This document shows positions 9,052 to 19,255 of a stretch of 64,000 bases of DNA, in pieces. The notes below the pieces were generated by a model, which was given only the letters and a program-made list of their open reading frames with translations, had not been told where the DNA came from and did not search any database. How positions within the stretch are numbered: the first letter of the stretch is position 1; each line of letters opens with the position of its first letter. The DNA comes from a virus. The translations under genes and the position numbers were made by a program. Location of the stretch: positions 3,664 through 67,663 of the IMG/VR virus record IMGVR_UViG_3300001846_000277; one strand, given 5' to 3'.

Positions 9052-9781
9052 TTGCAATATTCCTTGCGATTACACTGTTAACATTAACATTAGGATGTAA
9101 TCCATCTCTTGAAAGATTTTCGGGGCTATGACCAAATACTTGATAGAATGGCAAATTTAAAAAATCAGCAACTTGTTCATGCCACGCCCATTCAAAAAGA
9201 TTTGCATCCTTTAAAAGTGTTCGTAATGTAATTGTATTATAAAAATGTTTGTGTGTCAATCTCTTTTCTACTTTCATCCATTCGTTATACAAAGAATAGC
9301 TTTCAGGAGCAAAACTGTCATTTTCTTCTAACCACGGACCTAAGTTTCCAGTTGATCCAATAGGATCCCAAATACGAGGCATACTCGGATGGCATAATAC
9401 AACGTCTTTGACTGGAACACTCCGCAGTAATGAACAAACTACTGCAATAAGAAATTCACTACTAGCACCTGGCACAGACATATTAACAACTTTTTTGCCA
9501 AGAATACTTTCTAATTGTTTTGGCACACAATGTTCATTTGGTCCTGCTAATCCAAATGTTGCACTATCTCCCAAGCATATAATACAATTATCCCAGTCTA
9601 TTTTTTCCCAGGCTTCTTCTCTATAACCATCTTTATTTCCAACATAAAAGATAGGCACACCAGTGTCAACCCAATCTCCATCAATAGCTTTCCAGTTTTT
9701 AGCGTTGTCATGAGGAGTGTCATTTAAAATATATTTTGCCTTGCCAGGTGGACAAACTCCAAACGGTAAATCTTTAAGCAT
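9038..9781 (-). CDS. SGNH/GDSL hydrolase-like protein
   Basis: CLGDSATFG, NMSVPGAS, RDGLHP. Confidence 0.65.
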   Translation of the reverse strand: MLKDLPFGVCPPGKAKYILNDTPHDNAKNWKAIDGDWVDTGVPIFYVGNKDGYREEAWEKIDWDNCIICLGDSATFGLAGPNEHCVPKQLESILGKKVVNMSVPGASSEFLIAVVCSLLRSVPVKDVVLCHPSMPRIWDPIGSTGNLGPWLEENDSFAPESYSLYNEWMKVEKRLTHKHFYNTITLRTLLKDANLFEWAWHEQVADFLNLPFYQVFGHSPENLSRDGLHPNVNVNSVIARNIANAIR

Positions 9782-10530
9782 TATATATTAAGCCTATCTA
9801 GCAAACAGTCGGTTATAACATTATTAACTGATAGATTAGAATGCCACCCGTCTCTTGCCATTTTATCAGCTTCTTGATACAAATATTTATAATACTGTAT
9901 ATCAAAATGTTCCTGCATATGTTCTTCCCATGTCCATTCCACCATATTAGCACTTCGCAACAGCGTTCTTATAGTGCGCAAATTTTCAGTGGCTTTGTGT
10001 ATTTGACGTTGAGGCAATGACATGAATTCCTTGAAATAAGCGTGTTGTCTTTCGCTATAAGGATCGCCAGGTGTAAGCCATAAACCTAAATTTCCAGTGC
10101 AACCAACAGGATCCCACATCCTAGACCAACTTGGATGATTCACAATTATATGCTTTATATCAATTTTATTCATAAGGCTACAAACAATACTGATCATAAG
10201 TTCGCTAGATGCACCTGGAATACACATGTTTACACATTCAATACCTGTTGCTTTTTCGATTAATTTGGGTATGGTATGATTTAATGGAATGCCAAGTCCA
10301 TAAGAAGCACTATCACCAATATAGATTATACAATTATTCCAATTTATCTTGTGCCATTCTTTTTCTCTATAGCCGTCTTTGTTGCCAACATACGATATTT
10401 CTTCTTGTGGTGCTTGCCATGATCCTGGTATTTTATCCCAACGTATTAGATTTTGCTTTGGATCATCGCTAAAAAGGTAAGTGCTTTTTGTTGAAGGAGT
10501 ATGACCAAATGGCATATTTTCAAACATCAA
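9781..10530 (-). CDS. SGNH/GDSL hydrolase-like protein (tandem paralog of 9038-9781)
   Basis: IGDSASYG, NMCIPGAS, RDGWHS; shares YVGNKDGYRE..W.KI.W.NCII and RMWDP.G.TGNLG.WL with the neighbour. Confidence 0.65.
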   Translation of the reverse strand: MMFENMPFGHTPSTKSTYLFSDDPKQNLIRWDKIPGSWQAPQEEISYVGNKDGYREKEWHKINWNNCIIYIGDSASYGLGIPLNHTIPKLIEKATGIECVNMCIPGASSELMISIVCSLMNKIDIKHIIVNHPSWSRMWDPVGCTGNLGLWLTPGDPYSERQHAYFKEFMSLPQRQIHKATENLRTIRTLLRSANMVEWTWEEHMQEHFDIQYYKYLYQEADKMARDGWHSNLSVNNVITDCLLDRLNI

Positions 10531-11140
10531 TTATCTCCTTGTATTTTTCATACCATTCTGAATAAGGAAAGTATATACTCATCTGTAAATTATATCTTTC
10601 GTGAGCGCCTTTATTCATGACGCCATGTAGTATTCTTGTATTCCATGCATATACTTTGTTTGTATTACAAGGAATGCCATATATTTTATTGTTGTAGTAA
10701 ATTTCCAAAGGAGTATAATCATCTCCTAAAGGATACAATGGTATATAGATATTGACATATCTGTTTGGATCTGCATGTGGCATAATATATGAATTTTTTG
10801 CAAGTTTTAAAAATGCAAAAGTTTGTATTTCTTCAAAAGGAGAAAATGTTTGCGTTATCCAATCACGTGCATCTCCTTGTTGTATGTCACATAAATTTAG
10901 TTCATAATAACTTTTATAATCTGCAACAAAAGCCAAGTCTCTTAATTTCTGTAAGATATCATCTGGAACAGTAAAAGGTAGTTCGGTGATAACATTACTG
11001 CGGATTTCTTCTGTCCATTCTTTTTCTAAAACGTTACGTCTAGCATTAGAATATTTGCCGTCATCGGTAAGAACATTTGTTCGAGCTTTTAACGCATCTT
11101 TGGCTATATCATCTAAAGTAGGAACATATTTTTCAGTCAT
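10520..11140 (-). CDS. Fe(II)/2OG oxygenase-like protein
   Basis: YIMPHAD...IYIPL...YAWNTRILHGVMN...RYNLQ. Confidence 0.7.
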   Translation of the reverse strand: MTEKYVPTLDDIAKDALKARTNVLTDDGKYSNARRNVLEKEWTEEIRSNVITELPFTVPDDILQKLRDLAFVADYKSYYELNLCDIQQGDARDWITQTFSPFEEIQTFAFLKLAKNSYIMPHADPNRYVNIYIPLYPLGDDYTPLEIYYNNKIYGIPCNTNKVYAWNTRILHGVMNKGAHERYNLQMSIYFPYSEWYEKYKEIIDV

Positions 11141-11822
11141 TTATTTGCTCCTTCAAGTAATTATAAACTTTACAATGGTTATCATAATTTAAATGACCTA
11201 CCCTTGTGTCAATACCGTTCATAATTTTAACATCATCTTCTTCGTCTAATTCACGTAAAACAATATTACTTACTACAAAATTGTCCTCTTGTAACAAGTC
11301 TTTTTGTTTTGTAGTAAAAGGATGCACAGGTATGAGTATGATCTTTTTACTTAGTTTTCTATACTTACTTATTGCACTTGCTATCTTAAAAGGTTCAGTT
11401 TCTAAATAGGTATTTTCTGTAAGAAACAATTTATACCACAAATCTAAAAATGTTGCATATCTGTTTTTATAGGTTTCATAATTTACATTTTTTTTACTTT
11501 GAGTAATACTCTTCAATCTATCACTTATACGTTTGCTTATACCTTTTACTTTGTCGTGCAAATACAAAAAACTATACACTTGATCTTTTGCTTCTAATCC
11601 TTGTAATGCTAAACGCAAATGATGTGGTAACACAAAAACAATTACATCGTTTTGATTAGATTCAAAATGTTCTATAAATTTTTTTAATTGTAAGTCAGGA
11701 CCACAACCTACTTGGGAATACACAGTTACATCAAAATCATTAGCTAACATATCCACCCATGTGGATTGTTCACTGTTACCATTTACTGCATAACTGTCGC
11801 CAAATATTATTACTTTTTGCAT
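11133..11822 (-). CDS. SGNH-like protein
   Basis: VIIFGDSYA, TVYSQVGCG, C-terminal GHLN. Confidence 0.55.
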   Translation of the reverse strand: MQKVIIFGDSYAVNGNSEQSTWVDMLANDFDVTVYSQVGCGPDLQLKKFIEHFESNQNDVIVFVLPHHLRLALQGLEAKDQVYSFLYLHDKVKGISKRISDRLKSITQSKKNVNYETYKNRYATFLDLWYKLFLTENTYLETEPFKIASAISKYRKLSKKIILIPVHPFTTKQKDLLQEDNFVVSNIVLRELDEEDDVKIMNGIDTRVGHLNYDNHCKVYNYLKEQIND

Positions 11823-12457
11823 GCCTTGATTAAACCAAAACTTGAAAGTTTTTCTAATACAAATCCAGTGTGATCAAATTTATGAAAACGTAAATTTTTT
11901 CCTCCGTGATGTCCAGCATGATAACCTTCTCCTGCTACAAGCAAGTTGATCCACGGAACATTTCTCACAGTGTTGTTCATGTGTGTAATTGCATTTACCA
12001 TACCAAATCCAATTGGTGCAATTATTGCTGGCATTACAATAAATGCTAAGAAAAATAACGGACTAATTACAAAAGCAATTACTGCACTAGCAAACCAAAT
12101 TTTTGCCCAATGATAATGAAAAAACAGCATACGAGGATTCTCAAACAAGTCTCCTACATACTTTTTTGGAATATTTTGAATTGTCCATAAACTAAAGAAA
12201 ACTTTCCAAAAACCTTTTACATTTGGACTATGTGGATCAAGCTCTGTATCACTGTGATGATGATGCATACGATGTGCTGCAATCCATCCAATAGGACTAC
12301 GACTACCTGCTAAAACAGCAAGATACAACGTAAACACTTCATACAATGCGTTTGCTTTAAATGCTTTATGTGCCCAATATCTATGTAGACCTGCACTAAT
12401 GCCTATATGAGCTATAACTTGATACCATAAAAATCCAATTATTAATGCTTCTAACAT
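11810..12457 (-). CDS. membrane fatty-acid (acyl-CoA delta-9-type) desaturase
   Basis: Three His boxes HRYWAH, HRMHH and HAGHH with hydrophobic TM segments; ATG 12457 has AAAGGT upstream. Confidence 0.85.
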   Translation of the reverse strand: MLEALIIGFLWYQVIAHIGISAGLHRYWAHKAFKANALYEVFTLYLAVLAGSRSPIGWIAAHRMHHHHSDTELDPHSPNVKGFWKVFFSLWTIQNIPKKYVGDLFENPRMLFFHYHWAKIWFASAVIAFVISPLFFLAFIVMPAIIAPIGFGMVNAITHMNNTVRNVPWINLLVAGEGYHAGHHGGKNLRFHKFDHTGFVLEKLSSFGLIKACKK

Positions 12458-12477
12458 TTCATTACCTTTTGTTAAAT

Positions 12478-12496
12478 TATTTATACCCAATAAATA
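12478..12496. promoter_or_regulatory. divergent late-promoter pair
   Basis: TATAAATA on minus (12485..12478) and TAAATA on plus (12491-12496), the latter 4 nt before ATG 12501. Confidence 0.65.
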
Positions 12497-12500
12497 TCAT

Positions 12501-12956
12501 ATGAATCATTTTTATAAGAAATTAGAATGGAACAAACTTCCTGAAAAACTCTGTATTACTGACGAACAATATATGATAGAAAACTTACATCCTGCTCATC
12601 CGGTTCCAGAATATGTATACTATCGCCAGTATAAGTATAAGTGTAACACACTTTGTGAATTATTACAACCTTTATTTAATTTTGACATCACTAACAGAAT
12701 TTTTATACAAATTATTAAAAAAGGTATCAGTATCCATAAAGACGTTGGACGTAACAAAATCTACAATTATCTATTAGATACTGGTGGCGATAATGTGTAT
12801 ACTAGATTTTATGATGAAGACAAAGAAACAGAACTATACAAAGTTAACATTCCTCTACATACGTGGCATCAGTTAGATGTAACAGGATATCACAATGTGA
12901 CAGGTATTGAACATGATAGAATATCCATAACTATATACGAATCATATAAAGAGTAA
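12501..12956 (+). CDS. Fe(II)/2OG oxygenase-like protein
   Basis: ISIHKD...WHQLDVTGYHNVTG...RISITI. Confidence 0.6.
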   Translation: MNHFYKKLEWNKLPEKLCITDEQYMIENLHPAHPVPEYVYYRQYKYKCNTLCELLQPLFNFDITNRIFIQIIKKGISIHKDVGRNKIYNYLLDTGGDNVYTRFYDEDKETELYKVNIPLHTWHQLDVTGYHNVTGIEHDRISITIYESYKE

Positions 12957-13574
12957 ATTTTTAGTGATAAATTCTATCGTATTTTTATTAATAGCAACAT
13001 TTAAGACAATCATATAAGTTGTGTTAAAACTAGCATTAAAAAGATAATGCATTTTAGCTGTGTCAACAAAGTATACTCTGCCGTGATCCCATACCTGTAT
13101 TTTATCATCTATGATAAATGTGAACGCAGGCGGATTACAATCTTGAAGAGGAATAATTATCCTATAGCTATCAAATTCCATTCCGTAAAAGTCTCTGTGA
13201 GCAGGAAAAAAGCCACCTGCATCAACTCTTAATATATGACTTCTAAAAAGGTCAGATTCTATAGGTTTAAGTATTTCAACTAGTTCTGGATAATAATATG
13301 CTGGAGTATGTATAGAAAAATCTTTTTCTTTGTATTTTGTGTTATTTTCTCGATTGTAATCCAGCAAACTATCTAAATCAGGAATGCCAGTCATACCGCC
13401 ATCTAAGCTAGTAAGACTCAATCCATATCTAGCAATATCTTTTCTAGGATTATATTTCACATAATCAAAATTTTCTTCAGTCCATCTTACATATCTTTCC
13501 GGATCTTTAAGTTTAAATTTAGTTTCTAAAACTGTGCCATATGTTGTTAAATAATTGTATAATTCTAAACTCAT
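12942..13574 (-). CDS. aspartyl/asparaginyl beta-hydroxylase-domain oxygenase
   Basis: RSHILRVDAGGFFPAHRD...RIIIPL...VYFVDTAKMHYLFNAS; start ATG 13574 (TAATG overlap). Confidence 0.75.
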   Translation of the reverse strand: MSLELYNYLTTYGTVLETKFKLKDPERYVRWTEENFDYVKYNPRKDIARYGLSLTSLDGGMTGIPDLDSLLDYNRENNTKYKEKDFSIHTPAYYYPELVEILKPIESDLFRSHILRVDAGGFFPAHRDFYGMEFDSYRIIIPLQDCNPPAFTFIIDDKIQVWDHGRVYFVDTAKMHYLFNASFNTTYMIVLNVAINKNTIEFITKNLLFI

Positions 13575-14326
13575 TATTTTATCCACTTTACTGATATATT
13601 TCTAGCCTGTGTACTGAAGCTAGGATAATTTATATTATCTCTTACCTCGTAAACATTACCATTATAATCAATTGTGTCTGTATTATTAATATCTATAATT
13701 TTCCAATCAGGCCAACCTACCAAAAGTTTATGTTCATCGCTTTGATTATGTGTGTATCCAGGTTTGCCTTTGCCTATACCTAACCCATATGTGATTTCTT
13801 CTTCGTCGGGTATTCCTAAAACTTTACGGAAATACCCTTCTGATCCTGGTTTAGTATGATTTTTATTAAAGGCAGTTACATAACCCAAACTAGCTGCACA
13901 AAAAGCAACTATGCCCATGCTTATACCTATACTTGTCAAAGAATTGTCTTTTCTATTTGGGTGATGATTTTCCTTACTTTTTCCGTCTCTTGTAAAATTC
14001 CTAATAGTGTCAGGCCATTTACTTGTGTAGAGGAAATATGCACTTGCTCCTACTTGAGGGTTTCTAACCATACAAGGTAATTGGTCTTGTGTGGTTTGAT
14101 TATTAACTGGATATGTAAATCCCCAAGTATGTTCTAGTAGATCTTGTAAGATATTTTTATCGGTAATCACATAAACATTATAATACGCCTCGTGCTGTTT
14201 AGTGGGAGTATTTTGCGCAAGGTATACAAAGTGCTCCATGTGTTCTTCAGGTATAACAAAATCATCCCAATTCCGTTGACACTTTTTAATTGTTTCAACA
14301 TATGTTTTTTGTGCATTTATATCCAT
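13574..14326 (-). CDS. nitroreductase-like (flavin-binding) protein
   Basis: KKCQRNWD...IPEEHMEHFVYLAQNTPTKQ and IGISMGIVAFCAASLGY resemble nitroreductase motifs. Confidence 0.55.
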   Translation of the reverse strand: MDINAQKTYVETIKKCQRNWDDFVIPEEHMEHFVYLAQNTPTKQHEAYYNVYVITDKNILQDLLEHTWGFTYPVNNQTTQDQLPCMVRNPQVGASAYFLYTSKWPDTIRNFTRDGKSKENHHPNRKDNSLTSIGISMGIVAFCAASLGYVTAFNKNHTKPGSEGYFRKVLGIPDEEEITYGLGIGKGKPGYTHNQSDEHKLLVGWPDWKIIDINNTDTIDYNGNVYEVRDNINYPSFSTQARNISVKWIK

Positions 14327-15342
14327 TCCGCTAACTCCGGTATACAATCTTGTAAATTATTTTTTAACAATAAATCTTGTTTATAAGTTGTTTCTTTAAG
14401 TTTATTAAATAATTCTTGGTTATAATTATAATTATTCAAATATTTTTCATTAGATGAATTAAGATATTTTTTTACATATCCTGTTGGTAAAGCATCTAAT
14501 GTGAATTCTTTTGGCGAGAATATTTTGAAATCACTATGATGTAAATCATATTCAGAACACAGTTCTTGGATATTTTTTATGTCGTGATAATTGTATGCTT
14601 GCACAGTTGTATGAACATAGGTATACAACTCACATTCTTTTTTTAATTCTTCCCATAGTTGTAAATTTTTTAAAACGTTATTCCAGTTACTATCTTGTCT
14701 AATATAATTGTTAACTGATCCTATTCCATCTATACTATAACCTACAATATTTTTATCAAATGTTTTAAGTATATCAACATATTTATTAGGAAAAAGTGTA
14801 AGATTAGTGTTACAATAAAATTTGATTTTATTTGGTAACGTTTGCATCCATTCAAATAAAATTTTAATTTCAGGTGTAATAAAAGGTTCACCACCAAGAT
14901 ATTTTATAACTTTTAGATTTTGTGTATCTATATCTTCTAAGAATTTGCTAAAATTTTCTATCTTAATAACTTGAATATTTAATGTGTCAGCCCATTTACT
15001 GCTACTGTCTGCCTTACACATTCTGCATCTTATATTACAAGAATTATTGCAACTTAATTCAATATATTCTATTTTTGGTTTATCTGACTTACAATATACA
15101 TCTACAACGTTTCTATAGCTCCTTAAATTTTGTAATTCTAGTTGTTCACAATGATTACAACCAGAGTCCCAACCATCTTCCATATTTTTTCTGATATTCT
15201 GCATATATGCAGAATCATAGAATTCTTTCCATGATAAATTTGAATAGTGATATTTTTGTCTTTCTTTATAAAAGCAGCAAGGTGCATAAAAACCTTGCAC
15301 ATCTACATACAAATGGTTATAGAGAGCTTTACAATATGGCAT
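14317..15342 (-). CDS. radical SAM enzyme, type A (N-terminal Cys-rich SPASM/twitch-like domain)
   Basis: YCKALYN...PCC...C..C; CNIRCRMC; GGEP. Confidence 0.9.
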   Translation of the reverse strand: MPYCKALYNHLYVDVQGFYAPCCFYKERQKYHYSNLSWKEFYDSAYMQNIRKNMEDGWDSGCNHCEQLELQNLRSYRNVVDVYCKSDKPKIEYIELSCNNSCNIRCRMCKADSSSKWADTLNIQVIKIENFSKFLEDIDTQNLKVIKYLGGEPFITPEIKILFEWMQTLPNKIKFYCNTNLTLFPNKYVDILKTFDKNIVGYSIDGIGSVNNYIRQDSNWNNVLKNLQLWEELKKECELYTYVHTTVQAYNYHDIKNIQELCSEYDLHHSDFKIFSPKEFTLDALPTGYVKKYLNSSNEKYLNNYNYNQELFNKLKETTYKQDLLLKNNLQDCIPELAEWI

Positions 15343-16450
15343 TTTTTCTTTTTGGTATTTTACTATCAGCTGAACTTACACAACTTTCAGTTATGCAAGG
15401 AGCAGGCTTATCAAAGAGTTTGAAACCAGTTTCAATGTTTCCAAGAGGCACATCGTGACAGCTATAGGAGCGTTTAACGGAACCGTCGGGTTCTCGAATG
15501 ATGATTCCTTGGTATCCTGCGTTGCAATTCCAGCCTTTAAACTTGTTAAAGTTAAAAGCATTAAAACGCTCAGCCTGATCCATATACCAACGCTTACCTG
15601 CGGAATCTTTGAATTCTACTTGCATATGCCAAGGAACACTTGCATCATTCATGCCTTCTACTCCTGTAGGTATTTGGAATGACGGTTTTGGTCTATCATT
15701 CCATTTTCGTTTGCTTTCTGTATATGCTCTTTGTGGCATACCGTTCCAGAGTCGCTCAAGCATATCCCCAGTGTATCCATCAACCACTCTTGACGCAGTC
15801 GGATCCGATTGAGGCTTGAGGGTGACATTGATTCCTTGTTCATGGAAGAATAAGGCGTTTTCCCAGTCTCTTTCAAACCAGTCTGGAACCATGACTTGAT
15901 TAATTGTAACTTGAACATCGTTTTCCTGACATAAAATTAATTTATCTGCAAAGTCTTGCAACTTATCAACAGTATTTAAGTGTTCTGTATGCAAACTTGC
16001 TGTAATGCTTGCTCTGTGAAATGGCTTTGCACGTTCTACATATTCTTCAAACCAACTCATTGGTCGAGAGCAGTTTGATGTCATATGAATGGAAGTGTAA
16101 TTAGTATTAGGCACATCATCAGCCAGATAACCGAGTATTTCCAAGTAGCCTGGATGAAAGGTAGGCTCCCCGCCAGACAAACTAAAATGAAAACTGTTAA
16201 AACCGTTAGCACGAGCTTGCCTTTTTATCTCATCGATTGTAAGAAGACAGAGCTCTGTTGGCCTGTGATCTTTACGATCTGATCTGGCGTATGGCCAGCA
16301 ATAACTACAACGATAGTTGCAAAAGCGGCCAAGAAGCCAACTAACAGTAAAAATATCTCTGTATAGGAGCGTCCTTTGTCCGACTTGAACAATGTCTTCA
16401 AAGGGGATTTGTGTAAAATCATAATTGCTCCATTTTAAATCTTCATTCAT
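15329..16450 (-). CDS. radical SAM enzyme, type B (C-terminal Cys-rich domain)
   Basis: W.LGRFCNYRCSYC; GGEP; WNCNAG...SC...C....C..S.D. Confidence 0.9.
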   Translation of the reverse strand: MNEDLKWSNYDFTQIPFEDIVQVGQRTLLYRDIFTVSWLLGRFCNYRCSYCWPYARSDRKDHRPTELCLLTIDEIKRQARANGFNSFHFSLSGGEPTFHPGYLEILGYLADDVPNTNYTSIHMTSNCSRPMSWFEEYVERAKPFHRASITASLHTEHLNTVDKLQDFADKLILCQENDVQVTINQVMVPDWFERDWENALFFHEQGINVTLKPQSDPTASRVVDGYTGDMLERLWNGMPQRAYTESKRKWNDRPKPSFQIPTGVEGMNDASVPWHMQVEFKDSAGKRWYMDQAERFNAFNFNKFKGWNCNAGYQGIIIREPDGSVKRSYSCHDVPLGNIETGFKLFDKPAPCITESCVSSADSKIPKRKNAIL

Positions 16451-16455
16451 ATTTT

Positions 16456-16484
16456 AGTATAGCACCTTATACATTTTTTGTCAA
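16456..16484 (-). promoter_or_regulatory. sigma70-type promoter, leaderless
   Basis: Minus strand TTGACA (16484..16479), 17 nt, TGc-TATACT (16461..16456), then 5 nt to ATG 16450. Confidence 0.75.
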
Positions 16485-17681
16485 TTATATTAACTCATAC
16501 TTATGTAATTCTATTTCTTTAAAACTATGTTTCCAATTTATGTTTCTAGCACAATCAAGGTCGTCTAAATAATTAATAAAAGTTTTTCCGTATTCTGGCC
16601 AGAGATTTTTTTCATTCATATGATTTAAATAGAACGGAACTTTTTTTGATTTTTTACCAAAGTTGTAGTTTTCTATCTTATCAGTAATAATCTTTTTTAC
16701 AACATTTGGGAGGACTTGCGCACTCATATGCACTGGCCACTCAACGTGATTTGCTAATATAAACTCTATGTTTGGATAGTTCTTTTGCATAAAATCAAAA
16801 GTTTCTGTGAGATAAAACATACTTATGTTACTACATGTCCACTGAACACCTATATCAAAATTTGAATAATGCTTTGCATATTTTTGCATCAACTCAAGTT
16901 TTGTTTTGAATGTATTCCATTTAATAGGAAATCTAAAATACTCGCCAGGTTCTTGGATTGCATCAAGGCTTAATCTTATGATTACACATTTAAAGTTTTT
17001 TAACTGTTCAAATATTTTTTCAGTTAACAGCGTTCCGTTGCTAACATATGATAAAGTTATATCTTTTGCATATTCAGTCTGACTAATATCTTGTATAAAC
17101 TTATTGTGTTGTTTGTTAGCAAAAGGTTCGCCTCCTAAAAAATTAAAACGTTTTGTGTAATTTAAATTTTCTTTTATGTTGTCCCAGATAAAACTATCTT
17201 GTTCAATCCATTTGTTATCAATATCATAAAACTCTGTGTTAGGATATTTGTCTAACATTGCTTTATCTTCATTCCATTTGCTACTTGCACCTGTTCCGCA
17301 ATGGATACATTTTAGATTACAAATTGTGCCTACTCTTATATCTATGTTACTTGGATAATATGGCACACTACCATCTTGTGCTGTCTGTTCTAAAAGGTGT
17401 TCGTTGTTATCATAATGATAATAGTTTTCTTCTATACGTTTACTGTTGCCTTTTAAACTTTCAACATATTCACAGCGTTTACAGTTTTCTGGCCAACGCC
17501 CTTCTAAAAACTCTTTACGTATATGTTTAAAATAGTCGTTATTCCACTCATTGGCAATACTACTACCTTTTAGTTTTACTTGTGCTTGTTTAACAACTGA
17601 TTGATCAGCATATCCGCAAGTTCTCGGTCTTCCAAACGTATTGGTGCTAAAATTAATCCACGGAAGTATACAAGGTTTCAT
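16485..17681 (-). CDS. radical SAM enzyme, type A
   Basis: CILPW...C...C..C; CNLKCIHC; GGEP. Confidence 0.9.
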   Translation of the reverse strand: MKPCILPWINFSTNTFGRPRTCGYADQSVVKQAQVKLKGSSIANEWNNDYFKHIRKEFLEGRWPENCKRCEYVESLKGNSKRIEENYYHYDNNEHLLEQTAQDGSVPYYPSNIDIRVGTICNLKCIHCGTGASSKWNEDKAMLDKYPNTEFYDIDNKWIEQDSFIWDNIKENLNYTKRFNFLGGEPFANKQHNKFIQDISQTEYAKDITLSYVSNGTLLTEKIFEQLKNFKCVIIRLSLDAIQEPGEYFRFPIKWNTFKTKLELMQKYAKHYSNFDIGVQWTCSNISMFYLTETFDFMQKNYPNIEFILANHVEWPVHMSAQVLPNVVKKIITDKIENYNFGKKSKKVPFYLNHMNEKNLWPEYGKTFINYLDDLDCARNINWKHSFKEIELHKYELI

Positions 17682-18373
17682 AATTGATCCATTAAATGAT
17701 GTGCAAACAGCAAATGAGATTCATGCCAGAAATGACCAGTAGGATATTGTGGCATATTATGTTCTTTACAAATAGAGTCTAATGAAATAGAATTAAGAGT
17801 ATTTACAAGCATATGACTTTTAATATCTTGATGTCTGTCTGCCATTACATTTACAAAATGTACAGGATATTTATTCAGCAAAGAAATTATTCCAGCATAG
17901 AAATATTCCATAGAGTCTATTGCAGGCATTATTTCTTTATTGAGTTTATTGTAATGCAGACCATAAATTATATTACGACTATCTGCTCTATATCTATAAA
18001 TTGGTGGCATTTCTATTGTTACTATATCTGTTTTCCAATCTATGTTTGTTTTTTGATTAGTAAAATTTTTATATACTGTATCGATTCCAGACCCAGATCT
18101 AGCAAAATTTTTATAATTTAAATTAAGTAATTTGGCTAAATGAGCAGAATAAGAATTTTCAGGATAATCTACCTTTTTTCCTAATACTTTTTTATTCCAT
18201 TTGTGTATGACTTTTTCTTTTTTAACTTCTGATATATTTGCATTAAATTCGTCATAGTTATTTGCGTTCAAAGTCTCTCTGTAATAACTTTTTAAAAAGT
18301 CTGCTGTCACATCTTTTTTTAGACTATGTCCTGCTGTATGTGAACACCCAAATGCAAATAACGTTCCTGTCAT
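17678..18373 (-). CDS. SGNH-like protein (GCS variant)
   Basis: LFAFGCSHTAG, NFARSGSG, C-terminal GH. The second ATG (18373) lies 5 nt after TAAATA. Confidence 0.5.
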   Translation of the reverse strand: MTGTLFAFGCSHTAGHSLKKDVTADFLKSYYRETLNANNYDEFNANISEVKKEKVIHKWNKKVLGKKVDYPENSYSAHLAKLLNLNYKNFARSGSGIDTVYKNFTNQKTNIDWKTDIVTIEMPPIYRYRADSRNIIYGLHYNKLNKEIMPAIDSMEYFYAGIISLLNKYPVHFVNVMADRHQDIKSHMLVNTLNSISLDSICKEHNMPQYPTGHFWHESHLLFAHHLMDQL

Positions 18374-18378
18374 AAACA

Positions 18379-18407
18379 TATTTATATGCGCACTTATTGG
18401 CTAAGTA
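18379..18407. promoter_or_regulatory. divergent late-promoter pair with extended motif
   Basis: Minus: AAGTGCGCATATAAATA (18395..18379). Plus: TAAGTA (18402-18407), 5 nt before ATG 18413. Confidence 0.65.
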
Positions 18408-18412
18408 TTTTT

Positions 18413-19255
18413 ATGAGAGATAACATAAACAGACAATACACAGAAGAATGGCTTCAATACGACAGACCTCAGCCTATGTATAGCAACAAAATTAACAAGT
18501 TTTATGATGATTTTTACCAAAACAATCCTGTGCATACAATTGATTTAGATCAAAAGTTCAAAGATACATTTGTAAAATGGTTAGAGAATCATAAGTATAG
18601 CTCATTCAAAGGATTAGGCGCATTTCCTCGCCATGATATTATAAACGGTTGTACTCAATTTATAGACGATTTATATCAACGCTGCACTACACTGCAAACA
18701 TTTGAGCATGATTACAAATATCATTGGCGTCTTAATAACAATATAGAATATGCTACCATAGATACACTCAACCCTGCAAAAGAATTGTTAATAAGTATGC
18801 CTTTTCCATTCTACGGTGATGTGCATCCTCAAATGAATGAGATACTTGCCGCAGCGAAAGAAAAAAATATTCCTGTTCACATAGACGGAGCATGGATTAG
18901 TTGTATAAGAGATATTGAATTTGACTTTGATCATCCTGCTATACAAACTGTAGGCATTAGTCTAAGTAAAGGTGGTATGGGAGGTAATCGCATTGGATTA
19001 AGATTTGCTAGGAAAAGACCTGAAGGTGCTGTGACTATTATGAATGACTTCAATATGAACAGTCAAGCATTGGTTAGCATGGGGATTAAATTTATGGAAG
19101 AACTTGGTCCAGAATATTTTTGGACAACTTACAACGAAGCCTACAATCAAGTATTAACAGATTTTGACCTTGAACCTACAAAGGCAATTCATCTCGCAAA
19201 ACAAAACGGAAATCCTGTGGGTGTGAGAGCATTACTCAGATGTTTAATTAAATAA
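18413..19255 (+). CDS. PLP-dependent fold-type I enzyme (aminotransferase/lyase-like)
   Basis: PVHIDGAW and SLSKGG (Schiff-base Lys context); start moved to ATG 18413. Confidence 0.65.
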   Translation: MRDNINRQYTEEWLQYDRPQPMYSNKINKFYDDFYQNNPVHTIDLDQKFKDTFVKWLENHKYSSFKGLGAFPRHDIINGCTQFIDDLYQRCTTLQTFEHDYKYHWRLNNNIEYATIDTLNPAKELLISMPFPFYGDVHPQMNEILAAAKEKNIPVHIDGAWISCIRDIEFDFDHPAIQTVGISLSKGGMGGNRIGLRFARKRPEGAVTIMNDFNMNSQALVSMGIKFMEELGPEYFWTTYNEAYNQVLTDFDLEPTKAIHLAKQNGNPVGVRALLRCLIK

